From assembly GCA_043788365.1 (NCBI GenBank), contig JAYVTZ010000005.1, positions 13,249 through 77,248 of the forward strand: 64,000 nt of DNA, in the 5' to 3' direction. Origin of the DNA: Burkholderiaceae bacterium. Its GTDB lineage: Bacteria > Patescibacteriota > Saccharimonadia > Saccharimonadales > AQU-01. Positions 15,915 through 24,743 of this stretch are shown piece by piece. A model generated the notes under the pieces. It made no database searches. It was not told the origin of the DNA and saw only the letters and a list, made by a program, of their open reading frames with translations. Position 1 is the first letter of the stretch. The number at the start of each line of letters is the position of its first letter. Made by a program: the position numbers and the translations under genes.

Positions 15915-17019
15915 TGTTCTGGTAACTCTCTGAAATCCTAGTCAAATAGCGAAGGTTATGGATAGAGGCCAGACTTCCGGCTAGTGGCTCACCAACCTTG
16001 AACTGATGTCTTAGAAAGGCTTTTGAAAAGCCCTTGGCGCAGGAGTAGCAGTCGCAACCAACTTGGATTGGTTCTGGGTCGTCGATATATTTGGCATTCG
16101 TAAGGTGTATCTGTTCGTCATCATCAGTCCAAACAGTGGCGTGGCGGGCGTTACGAGTTGGCAGAACGCAGTCGGCCATATCGATGCCATGCTCATAAGC
16201 AAAGCGTAAATCTGACGGTGTACCAACTCCTAATAAGAAGTGTGGCCTTTCGGGGTCATACAGTGGCGCTAGAGTCTCTAGGACTTTAAACATCTCGGCT
16301 TGTGGCTCGCCGACCGACAAACCGCCAATAGCGATACCATCAACATCAGTCGCCTGAACCATTTCGAGACTTCGCTTGCGTAGGTCTAAGTCAAGCCCAC
16401 CTTGAACAACGCCAAACAACAGCGGTCGTTCTGCCTCGCCTATACCGGTTGTTAGGCGCTTAAACTCTAGCGTACATCTATCTAGCCAGCGGTGAGTCCG
16501 CTCAAAGGCATCCAAAACATCGCCTGGCTTAACATTATCTAACCCAATCAAATGGTCGAAAGCCACAAACATATCTGATCCCAGTTCAAATTGTATTTGC
16601 ATTGATTTTTCAGGAGTAATTGTTCGGATTTCACCGGTGATGGGATGCTTAAAAGTCACTCCTTCTTCAGTCACTTTGGTGTGTTTGCCTAGCGAAAAGA
16701 CCTGAAATCCACCGGAATCCGTCAAGATTGGCCCTTGCCATTTGCCAAAGCTATGAACTCCACCTAGCTGGCTTATTACTGCTTCACCAGGCTGCAAATG
16801 CAAATGATAGGTGTTATTGAGGATGACTTGGATGCCAGTCGAAGCCACCTGTTCTGGCGTTAACGACTTAACGGCACCGCGAGTAGCGTCAGGCATAAAT
16901 GTGGGCGTCTTGAAGCTGCCAGCACGTGTATTAAATACACCACTACGGGCGTAAGCACTAGTTTTTTGATAAGCGAAACGGAACTTAGATTTATCCACTG
17001 GCATCATTACATTGTACAC
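15907..17019 (-). CDS. tgt: Queuine/preQ1 tRNA-ribosyltransferase
   Basis: Typical TGT sequence (LTDSGGFQVFSL, GIAIGGLSVGE, Zn site CDCYSC...H). Confidence 0.95.
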   Translation of the reverse strand: MYNVMMPVDKSKFRFAYQKTSAYARSGVFNTRAGSFKTPTFMPDATRGAVKSLTPEQVASTGIQVILNNTYHLHLQPGEAVISQLGGVHSFGKWQGPILTDSGGFQVFSLGKHTKVTEEGVTFKHPITGEIRTITPEKSMQIQFELGSDMFVAFDHLIGLDNVKPGDVLDAFERTHRWLDRCTLEFKRLTTGIGEAERPLLFGVVQGGLDLDLRKRSLEMVQATDVDGIAIGGLSVGEPQAEMFKVLETLAPLYDPERPHFLLGVGTPSDLRFAYEHGIDMADCVLPTRNARHATVWTDDDEQIHLTNAKYIDDPEPIQVGCDCYSCAKGFSKAFLRHQFKVGEPLAGSLASIHNLRYLTRISESYQNNA

Positions 17020-17094
17020 TACAAACAGATATGAGCATTGACCTTTTGTTGTAATTATGTTAACATAAGCAGGTTAAATGGGAGGCGCTCATAC

Positions 17095-17217
17095 TTGAGT
17101 ACCAAAGAAAGACCGCTTGAGGAGTTTAAGCTTTTCTATGAAGAGCTAAAATCTGCCAAGCCAGCCAGTCGTATACGACGCATTCGCCCGGTTTCTGCCT
17201 CTATAAAACGAGCGTAG
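17095..17217 (+). CDS. Candidate small ORF (40 aa, TTG start)
   Basis: GGAGG at 17081-17085 lies 9 nt upstream of the TTG. A strong terminator hairpin follows. Basic C-terminus (SRIRRIRPVSASIKRA). Below the ORF-track length cut-off. Confidence 0.3.
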   Translation: MSTKERPLEEFKLFYEELKSAKPASRIRRIRPVSASIKRA

Positions 17218-17232
17218 AGCCAGCGGATCTCC

Positions 17233-17268
17233 ACCCGGCCCTCGACAACGAGAGCCGGGTTTTCATTT
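17233..17268 (+). terminator. Intrinsic terminator
   Basis: ACCCGGC...GCCGGGT with inner CTCG/CGAG pairing, followed by TTTCATTT. Confidence 0.7.
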
Positions 17269-17328
17269 ATATAATAGACTTGTACCCCGAAAATCGACAA
17301 TTATCCACTAGCATTTTTAATTCCCATA

Positions 17329-17344
17329 TGACAATATGTTGTCA
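17329..17344. promoter_or_regulatory. NrdR-box-like palindrome overlapping the nrdR start codon
   Basis: TGACAATATGTTGTCA. The core matches the published NrdR box pattern aCwAtATaTwGt at 11 of 12 positions. Confidence 0.35.
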
Positions 17345-17772
17345 TGGTATGCCTATATTGTCAGAGCGAAACTAGTGTTGTTAATTCACGTTTACAGAGG
17401 CGCGCCAACCAAGTTTGGCGACGTCGTAAATGCCAAGTCTGTAAAAGCGTTTTTTCGACGTTAGAATCTGCTGACCTATCACTGTCGCTGTCTTTCCGAA
17501 CGTCGCAAAATAGTCATAACAATAAAACCTCTTTACAGCCCTTCCAACGCGACATTTTGTTTGCCAGTATTCTCGACTCATGCAAGCACCGTAAAACACC
17601 TGTCAGCGACGCTACGGCGCTCACAGGCACGATTTTAGGTCGGCTTAGACCCCATATGACTGGTGCAATCGTAGACCGTGATCAAGTCGTCAAAACTTGT
17701 TTACAGATCCTAAAACGCTTCGACAAAGCTGCGGCTGTTCACTACCAGGCTTTCCACCCTCTGAATATGTAA
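17344..17772 (+). CDS. nrdR: Transcriptional repressor NrdR
   Basis: N-terminal zinc ribbon CLYCQSETSVVNSR...RRRKCQVCKSVFST followed by an ATP-cone-sized domain. Confidence 0.85.
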   Translation: MVCLYCQSETSVVNSRLQRRANQVWRRRKCQVCKSVFSTLESADLSLSLSFRTSQNSHNNKTSLQPFQRDILFASILDSCKHRKTPVSDATALTGTILGRLRPHMTGAIVDRDQVVKTCLQILKRFDKAAAVHYQAFHPLNM

Positions 17773-17807
17773 CTAGTAGTTAGTAATTATAAACTAGAAG
17801 TTATTTA

Positions 17808-17919
17808 ACATTTGGCATTGACCATTTGTCATTTATTTAGTCAGGTGTCATTTGGTCATTGTAGCTTCAATGATAAATGCTATATGACAAAATAAATGGC
17901 AAATGCTAAATGGTAAATC
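17808..17919. repeat. Long imperfect AT-rich inverted repeat built from CATTTNN heptads (likely bidirectional terminator region)
   Basis: Left arm: CATTTGG CATTGAC CATTTGT CATTTAT... The reverse complement of the right arm aligns at roughly 75-80 percent over about 52 nt. Lies between convergent nrdR and the GT2 gene. Confidence 0.7.
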
Positions 17920-17925
17920 TGGCCG

Positions 17926-19551
17926 CTATTTATTCTTCACTGCCTTATCCGTCACTTCAAAAACACCTATGTAGCGCTTGAATGCCAGATGGGCTTGTGA
18001 GTTTATAGCTGCCATTGAATTAAACACTACACCAACGACAGGAGTTAATATCCACTGCCAAACGAAGCCAAAAGCCCGAACGCGTTTGTGGTGAGCTGGT
18101 CGCTTAGGCAGTGTCGCGATGCCGATATAGACCACAAACAGTAGCGCAACTACTGCGATTGTATTAATATTACTGACTACTTGAGGCAGTAGTTGGGCTT
18201 CGTAGCTATGATTGGAATGTCGATTAACAACAAGGGGTATCCAGCCTGACAGTAGTAACAGCGGCGCCGAGACTGCCCAGCCGACGTGAGACTCGAGCAG
18301 ACGACAAAACTTAAAGAAGGCGTCTAGTTTTGGAACTTTATTCTTGATAAAGAATGCTCGGGTCGCGACATAAGCTACGTCTGACGCACCATATGTCCAG
18401 CGCCGTATCTGTTTGAATTGCGACCTGGCCGTCTGTATTCTACCCCCAGCATAAACTGCATCCTGATAAATCGGCGCATACAGCGGCAGAACTTCGTGAT
18501 CGCCATCGAAGCGAAAGTAAGAGCGCCAGAACTGATGCCCGTCTTCGACAATCGTCCGGACACTCCAAAAATCCGTTTCAATCAGCGCATCCAGACCTTG
18601 GGCATGGGCCGAAAAATTACGCAGCGCGTGCGGCCGCATCGAGTTACCCATATGAAAATATGTATTCGATATCGCGCAAATACGCATAAGTGCCGGCACA
18701 TCCCAGATGTTATTGTTATACATAGCCGGTGGCTGGAACGATTTGTGTTTGCGATTCTCGGCCGAGATATAGACATACGATAAGATTGAAAAGAAGTTTT
18801 TGTCGGGTCGATTATCGGCATCCAGCACCGTGACAATGACCCTAGATGGATCAATTCCTGCTTTCTCAACCCACTGCGCTACTCGCCTTGCCGTCAGCGT
18901 GGCATTTGCGCCCTTGCCAGGAATTTCCCCAAATTCAACTTTGTGCTCAACAGCTTCTGCGTGATAAAACTTACTACTGTAAATTTTCAGAGTTTCAAGT
19001 GTTTCAGTCTTCTTCTGCTCACTGGCACGCTCTTCATAGGCTAAGAAAAACACTGTCTTACGATTGCTGAATCCGGCTGATTCGATGACGCTATCAATTG
19101 TCGGATGAATAATCGCTTGCGACTCGTTATAAGTAGCGATGATAACAACGTGATAAAGCTCTTCGGGCAACATGTCTAACAGACGTTTTTGGCTAAGTCG
19201 GATTAGGTTTTGGCTATGGGCTCTTAACATACTGACTTTAGAGTCCTTATAGCGCAGAATTGCCTCTTTCGGGTCATGAAAATCCAGTAGTAGAGCTTCC
19301 CAGTCAATCTTACGGGCCTGTTTTATCTTGCCATAGCCTTCAATAACCCGAAAAGACATTGCCGTCGCCCTGGCAAGCAGTATCAACATATAAATGATGA
19401 TAAAGAATGCCGCAGCACGAATATAGACTAGGCTAAGAACGATTGGTGTCAAAAAGAGTAATAACGACAGTAGCCCCGGCAAAATCTCAAAACAACGATA
19501 AATGTGACCTCGGTCCTCAGCATAAGGGATTTCGATGTCCTCTATTTTCAT
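17926..19551 (-). CDS. Membrane-embedded family 2 glycosyltransferase (processive synthase-like)
   Basis: VIIATYNES, VLDADNRP, and QIRRWTYGA (QxxRW) motifs with flanking transmembrane segments. Confidence 0.85.
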   Translation of the reverse strand: MKIEDIEIPYAEDRGHIYRCFEILPGLLSLLLFLTPIVLSLVYIRAAAFFIIIYMLILLARATAMSFRVIEGYGKIKQARKIDWEALLLDFHDPKEAILRYKDSKVSMLRAHSQNLIRLSQKRLLDMLPEELYHVVIIATYNESQAIIHPTIDSVIESAGFSNRKTVFFLAYEERASEQKKTETLETLKIYSSKFYHAEAVEHKVEFGEIPGKGANATLTARRVAQWVEKAGIDPSRVIVTVLDADNRPDKNFFSILSYVYISAENRKHKSFQPPAMYNNNIWDVPALMRICAISNTYFHMGNSMRPHALRNFSAHAQGLDALIETDFWSVRTIVEDGHQFWRSYFRFDGDHEVLPLYAPIYQDAVYAGGRIQTARSQFKQIRRWTYGASDVAYVATRAFFIKNKVPKLDAFFKFCRLLESHVGWAVSAPLLLLSGWIPLVVNRHSNHSYEAQLLPQVVSNINTIAVVALLFVVYIGIATLPKRPAHHKRVRAFGFVWQWILTPVVGVVFNSMAAINSQAHLAFKRYIGVFEVTDKAVKNK

Positions 19552-19554
19552 TGC

Positions 19555-19914
19555 TTAACCCTGTACTAACAATGCATTACTGACGATAACCGACAGCGTA
19601 GTCAAAATTAGTCCAAGCCACAGAATTGCCACTGAGTATTGTCGATGTAAGCGATAGGCTCTATAACCCAAAAATACAGTGAACAATAAAGTTATCACCA
19701 TAAAGACTACAAATGCCTGTATCTCTGAGGCATTCCCCATTTTAAAGGCACTAATACCGAGGTTAGCTCGCCACTGAACCGTATAGCTCTGGCTTCTACC
19801 GGTATCTAGCCTCAGTAAGGTCATTAAGCTACCAAGTATCGTCAGGAAACTACTAATGCTAATCAGTAACAGAACCATGCGATCGTGGAAATATTTTTGT
19901 TCGAAACTTGCCAT
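19555..19914 (-). CDS. Hypothetical small membrane protein
   Basis: 119-aa ORF with 3-4 hydrophobic helices. 3 nt downstream spacing to the GT2 gene suggests an operon. Confidence 0.6.
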   Translation of the reverse strand: MASFEQKYFHDRMVLLLISISSFLTILGSLMTLLRLDTGRSQSYTVQWRANLGISAFKMGNASEIQAFVVFMVITLLFTVFLGYRAYRLHRQYSVAILWLGLILTTLSVIVSNALLVQG

Positions 19915-20259
19915 TACACTATATTCTACACTTTATTTGTTCAAATTGGAGCAGTTTTATCTGTTAGTTCATTGGGATAAGCTAGTCGTATTGTGTTGTT
20001 CAGCCTCATTAGCTGGCCGTACTTCACTAGCAACAGGTATGCCTTCATGGCCCAATCCCCCTGAGGCAGCTAGACTGAGCATGCCCTTGCCTATCTCAAC
20101 TACTAAGTTCCAGGCACGATCCAATAAATTTGGCTTTGGGATTTGCAGATCAGGGCTTTTATCCATCATAATAATATACAACAAAAGTGGATTTTGTACT
20201 AAGTATCACTTCCTTAGATATACATGGCTAAGGAAGTTGGACAATTGACTGATTTGTGG

Positions 20260-21330
20260 CTATTTTTTCTCTTCGTCGGGTGAGGTTATAAATTTTAACT
20301 CAAGGCCAACCGTCTCAAACACTTCTTCAAAACCTTGCCCGTAGCTCCCGCCAGAACTACCTCGCGCTTGCTTCATTTTAGCCCAATCAGTCTTAGCAAA
20401 ATCCAACGAAGCTTGTGCCGACTCAGCAACCTGAGTAAATAATTCATGGGCGTTTGGATTAGCCTTCGTGTCACTAACTACTTCAAGCACTTGGTTCCAA
20501 TGTCTAGCGAGGTATGCAGACGAGGCATCTCTTTGCCACTTTGATGGACTATAACCTTCCTTGCCGGGCTCCCTAAATAAACCTATACTATCTGCCTGCA
20601 CGTACTCTTTTACATCCCCTTTCTGGGCGTGGTCATAGAGTTTACCGATCCTTTCGGTCTCTGCAGTATTAACCAACCCGATATGTTCTAGACTCGCAAC
20701 AATCCCTTTACCGTAAGCCAGTGTTTCGAGAGTTTCTGTAGACACAGTGGTGCTGTTAGCAATATCATCGGCAGTCTCTGTTATTAAACTATCGGCTAAA
20801 TATGTGGCGTTTTGTCGAAAATCGTCATCAACAAGGTCAGGATTTACTGTTAGAAGAAAATTAGTCAACTTACCGCCATCAGCAACTCCTAGTCTCACCT
20901 CGCCTATGGGTTGTTCCTTGCCTTCACTATGTACTGTCCCCTTTGTGCGCAATGGAGAAAGCCTAAGGCCAATCGCCTCTAGGACTGGAGCATTGGCAAC
21001 ACCAACAATTGAACGGGCCATCTGTTCTTCTTCAAATAGCGACGTCTTATCGCTATCAACAAAATCAACTGTTTGCTCAGCTTCTTCTTGAGTTGCGCCT
21101 GCATCGACTAAATCTTGGGTACGCTCTGCTTTCTGCACCCCCTCGATAACCGCCCGAGCCAATACTCTACCCAACGAAAACTGCTTATTGTGCTGATTAA
21201 TGCTTGCCATTGCCTCATTAAAAGCAATCACGTCTTGTGATTGAGGACTAAATTCTGGCGTTGTGGGCGTAGGTTCACTCATATTTTTTATACTGTTTAT
21301 TTTAGTTTTACTTAACCTATATTCTATCAT
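20260..21330 (-). CDS. Hypothetical protein
   Basis: 356-aa ORF, acidic, no recognisable motif. The start may be the internal Met (MSEPTP). Confidence 0.6.
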   Translation of the reverse strand: MIEYRLSKTKINSIKNMSEPTPTTPEFSPQSQDVIAFNEAMASINQHNKQFSLGRVLARAVIEGVQKAERTQDLVDAGATQEEAEQTVDFVDSDKTSLFEEEQMARSIVGVANAPVLEAIGLRLSPLRTKGTVHSEGKEQPIGEVRLGVADGGKLTNFLLTVNPDLVDDDFRQNATYLADSLITETADDIANSTTVSTETLETLAYGKGIVASLEHIGLVNTAETERIGKLYDHAQKGDVKEYVQADSIGLFREPGKEGYSPSKWQRDASSAYLARHWNQVLEVVSDTKANPNAHELFTQVAESAQASLDFAKTDWAKMKQARGSSGGSYGQGFEEVFETVGLELKFITSPDEEKK

Positions 21331-21421
21331 ATGCTTATGTGTTTGTCAATTTCTACTCTTCATTTGCCTCTCTAGACGACAGCAAACATGCAAATATTTC
21401 AATTTAGCCAGCTACAAGTCG

Positions 21422-22387
21422 TTAAAATAATCTGTTAAGTGAGTTAACTACGTTATCAAGATCAATGGTGTATTGCTGTCTTTGATCATCGTTAATAGGG
21501 TCGGTTGACGTGTGTAGGCGGAAGCAGAGATAGATAGCAGCAACTAATTTATCAAAAACTGTCCACATTTTAATCTTATCTTTATCGATTATGCCGCCGA
21601 CTGATTCATAGCCTGCATATAATGCCGCCTGCTCTTCCTCTGTCAGTACGATACGCCATTTACCGTTATTGAACTCAATATCATCCCAAAAGCCAGTTGC
21701 AAAGTCAGTCATCGGGTCACCAAAATCGCGCAGCTCCCAGTCAATTAGAAACACCTCGTCTTTATCATTAACAAGTAAATTCCCTGGAGTAATATCTTTG
21801 TGCAGCAAATGCTTACTATTATCAAAATTTAGTTTAGTTTGCTGATCATCAAGCCAAAGTTTGATTTTTTGAGCCAGTCTAGTTAGTCTAATATCTGGTA
21901 AGTCAGTCAAGATAGTTCTGGGTGAATAAAAATCACGGCAACACCAGGTTAAATACTGCCAAAGCTCAGTTTTACTACCTGTTACCTCGCCCTTATCGAC
22001 AATATCATGGTCTGGCGCTAATACCGAGTGTGTCCTAGCCAAGGTCACGCCCATTGACCTAAATTGGTCAACGCTCAGCCTCTTTGGTGCCTGCCCATCA
22101 ATAAAACTCTCGATTATCCAAGGCTTATCGATTGGTTCAGTCTTCCCTGAATAATAAACTAGCTTTGGCCCAACACTATCGGGAATGCGACCTATCGCAT
22201 CAGCTTCACGCGCAAGCCCACTCTCGTTGTCGTACTTCGCAATCCGTACACAATATTCATCACCAGAGACAGTTTTTACGCGGTAACCGACATTGAACTC
22301 ACCCTCCCCTAATCTGCCTACTTCTGCGGGGATTTCAAGGCCAGCGGCGGCCAATAACTTAGCTATTTCTAGTTTATCTTCGTCCAC
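21422..22387 (-). CDS. Phosphotransferase-family kinase (APH/choline kinase-like fold)
   Basis: LLHKDITPGNLLVND...VFLIDWELRDFGDP matches the catalytic loop and DFG-like motif of this family. Confidence 0.8.
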   Translation of the reverse strand: MDEDKLEIAKLLAAAGLEIPAEVGRLGEGEFNVGYRVKTVSGDEYCVRIAKYDNESGLAREADAIGRIPDSVGPKLVYYSGKTEPIDKPWIIESFIDGQAPKRLSVDQFRSMGVTLARTHSVLAPDHDIVDKGEVTGSKTELWQYLTWCCRDFYSPRTILTDLPDIRLTRLAQKIKLWLDDQQTKLNFDNSKHLLHKDITPGNLLVNDKDEVFLIDWELRDFGDPMTDFATGFWDDIEFNNGKWRIVLTEEEQAALYAGYESVGGIIDKDKIKMWTVFDKLVAAIYLCFRLHTSTDPINDDQRQQYTIDLDNVVNSLNRLF

Positions 22388-22525
22388 TTTATTAACATTA
22401 ACATATTTAGGAGACTTTACACCTTTGCTCCACCGGATAGCGTCGGGCTTGCGCGCCGGCTAACCTGCCCGCGATTTAGCAAAGTTAGCGAAATCGCTTT
22501 GCCGGTTCAAATCACTGGTGTCTCT

Positions 22526-22573
22526 CCAAAGTAAATGAGCCATCCCCTTTCGGGAATGACTCATTTACTTTGG
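22526..22573. other. Perfect-length 22-bp hairpin (GNRA loop on minus strand)
   Basis: CCAAAGTAAATGAGCCATCCCC-TTTC-GGGAATGACTCATTTACTTTGG. The minus-strand loop is GAAA. Confidence 0.8.
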
Positions 22574-22612
22574 CGGGATATCGAGTCGGTCTTCCGAACT
22601 GTAGCTACCCCC

Positions 22613-23359
22613 TTAAGCGCTCTTTAATGGGGATTGGCTAACGAATAGTCTCTTCACCACTGAGTCGGTAAATTGGAAGATATCTAGCACCATTTGTTCA
22701 TCTATGTGTTTCTTAGCCATTTGCCAGAGAAAAGGGTTGTCCTCGGCTTTTAGGTTGTATTTCTTAACGATTGTTTTAGTTTTAAGGTCGTATGCTGATG
22801 CTTCTGGCATGACAGCACCAGTAGTTATTTTTTTGATGTTGTAATGGAGGTAAGGATTGCGAACCTTGTTTTTAAAGGTTTTGAGTCTCTTTACCTCGTC
22901 AGGTTTAAATAGCTTGAGGCTTGCAGCTTCATCAATTACTTTGCCCAGTTCCATATTTTCAATTCTATCCCACTCTTTTTTGTCATATACTTCAACACCT
23001 TTAGTGTGGTCAACGATTGCGTGTTTAATGGCGAACTCTACTAGCACTGCTGATAGGGTTATCGCTGCACCGTTTAGGCCAAATAGTATGCACTCCACAA
23101 TTTCAGCGTAAAGACTTGTTATTGGTGGTAGGGCTATCTGTGGAGGTGCCGGAAGTTGCTTTACTAATTTTTTAGCTTGGTCTTGTCTGCCTTTAAAGAG
23201 TTGCTCAACATATTGCTCATTTGTAATTGGTTCTTTTTTGTCTAACTTAAGACCATCTTTGACCATTTGGTCGATTGTTTCGGGAGTGGCAACGAACTGG
23301 GTTGCGTCTTTAGCATATTTCCCCAAGAGTTCATTTATATCACTAGGATCATTAGCCAT
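22613..23359 (-). CDS. Hypothetical protein with HEPN-like RNxxxH motif
   Basis: 248-aa ORF, alpha-helical looking. KNKVRNPYLHYN contains R-N-x3-H as in HEPN RNase motifs. Confidence 0.6.
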   Translation of the reverse strand: MANDPSDINELLGKYAKDATQFVATPETIDQMVKDGLKLDKKEPITNEQYVEQLFKGRQDQAKKLVKQLPAPPQIALPPITSLYAEIVECILFGLNGAAITLSAVLVEFAIKHAIVDHTKGVEVYDKKEWDRIENMELGKVIDEAASLKLFKPDEVKRLKTFKNKVRNPYLHYNIKKITTGAVMPEASAYDLKTKTIVKKYNLKAEDNPFLWQMAKKHIDEQMVLDIFQFTDSVVKRLFVSQSPLKSA

Positions 23360-23367
23360 AGAACTCC

Positions 23368-23805
23368 TTATTCCACAGCGTTGCTATCATCTAATATATT
23401 GTGCTTAGTGGTAAAGCGTAGATAGTAACCAAACGGATCAGCAGTTCTAAAGTCCTTACTTCCCCAAGGGCGTAAAACTAATGGCTCGATAACATTGGCA
23501 ATGTCTTTAACCTCTTGATAATAAGAATCTATGTCATCAACCATGATGACTACCTCTACGCCGTAGCCTTTCATAGTTTCTTTAGGGAATCGCTTAAAGT
23601 AGGTTTGGTCATACACTGCGTTTGTACCTGACCAAAAACATAGGATTGTGCCATCTCTTTGTATTACTAGGTAACGCTTATCGGCTTCTGGTTTACGCTC
23701 CCAAACTACATCAAAACCTAGCTTAGAGTAGTAGTCTTTGACTGGTTTGAAGTCAGGAACATGAAGTTCAAGTTGTAAGTTGTTACTGGCTGGCTCACCA
23801 CTCAT
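23368..23805 (-). CDS. VOC-family protein (glyoxalase/bleomycin-resistance fold)
   Basis: LHVPDFKPVKDYYSKLGFDV...EVVIMVDDIDSYY...RPWGSKDFRTADPFGYYLRF is typical of this fold. Confidence 0.8.
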   Translation of the reverse strand: MSGEPASNNLQLELHVPDFKPVKDYYSKLGFDVVWERKPEADKRYLVIQRDGTILCFWSGTNAVYDQTYFKRFPKETMKGYGVEVVIMVDDIDSYYQEVKDIANVIEPLVLRPWGSKDFRTADPFGYYLRFTTKHNILDDSNAVE

Positions 23806-24743
23806 TTATTTACCCTATTTGGGAACTCGTTCTTTGTTGCACTGACCATGTTATCCGTCCATAGCACTACAGAATTATGCATTGATTCAAAGGTAGTCCA
23901 TGCGTATGAAGGTGCAGCCCAAACATTGCCCTCAAACTTAGTAAACTCATTTGGTTCGCCCTCAAAACCATAACCAAATAAATCACCTTTTGCCACCATA
24001 TCAAGTACCTTTTCTTGGTTGAATAAGCCGTGTGCAATGTCTATTAAGATTGCGGATTTCTTTATTGATTTAATGTGTTCATCGCTAATAAGTGCTAACG
24101 TTTCAGGGTTCTTAGCTGCCGTTGGGAATATTACGTCTGAGGTACTTAGTAACTGTTCAAGCTCAACTTTCTTGTAGGCTTCGTTGGTTGATGAGCGTGA
24201 CCAGTAGACAACATTCATACCAATGCCTTTACACGCTTCTGCAATAGCACTGCCGATATGTCCTAGACCAATGATGCCAGCAGTCTTACCTTTAAGCTGA
24301 ACACCACGATACTTCATAAAGTCTTTATCAAAATCCAGTGGGTAGTTGTCTTTAATAAGTCTTGGTGTTTGACGAGCCAAGTTAAACATCATCATGACTG
24401 CCCATTCTGCGACTGCTTGAGTAGAGAAGTTTACGATTTGGCAGATTGGTATATTCTTATTGTTAGCCGCATCTTGGTTAACCCACTCAAAACCGGTAGA
24501 AGCAATTAGTATCGCTTTCAAGTTGGGTATGTCTTTATAGTCATTACTGGTTAACTTCCAGCTAACGTAGTCAGGGTTAAGGCACAACAGCCGTTCCTCT
24601 TTACCCTCAAATAACTCTTTGCAGTTACTTAGCGGAGCAATCTCTTTTGTGACTACTAAATCAAGGCTGCTACCCTTTAACTTGCTTAGAAGCTCATCGG
24701 TAATAAGGTCGTCCCACAAGGGGTCAAATATAAATGCTTTCAT
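23802..24743 (-). CDS. D-isomer-specific 2-hydroxyacid dehydrogenase
   Basis: NAD-binding GKTAGIIGLGHIGSAIAE and a downstream catalytic region. 4-nt overlap with the VOC gene. Confidence 0.85.
   Translation of the reverse strand: MKAFIFDPLWDDLITDELLSKLKGSSLDLVVTKEIAPLSNCKELFEGKEERLLCLNPDYVSWKLTSNDYKDIPNLKAILIASTGFEWVNQDAANNKNIPICQIVNFSTQAVAEWAVMMMFNLARQTPRLIKDNYPLDFDKDFMKYRGVQLKGKTAGIIGLGHIGSAIAEACKGIGMNVVYWSRSSTNEAYKKVELEQLLSTSDVIFPTAAKNPETLALISDEHIKSIKKSAILIDIAHGLFNQEKVLDMVAKGDLFGYGFEGEPNEFTKFEGNVWAAPSYAWTTFESMHNSVVLWTDNMVSATKNEFPNRVNK

Noticed and set aside
19969-20184. 71-aa minus-strand ORF in the 345-bp gap between two minus-strand genes
   Set aside because: It is on the right strand and might be real, but it has no SD, no motif, and overlaps an equally long plus-strand ORF. 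The evidence is insufficient to call it.
22388-22612. tmRNA on the minus strand (starts GGGGGTAGC..., pseudoknot-like core)
   Set aside because: There is no T-arm/acceptor 3' end complementary to the 5' end, no G3:U70, and no plausible tag reading frame ending in hydrophobic residues.
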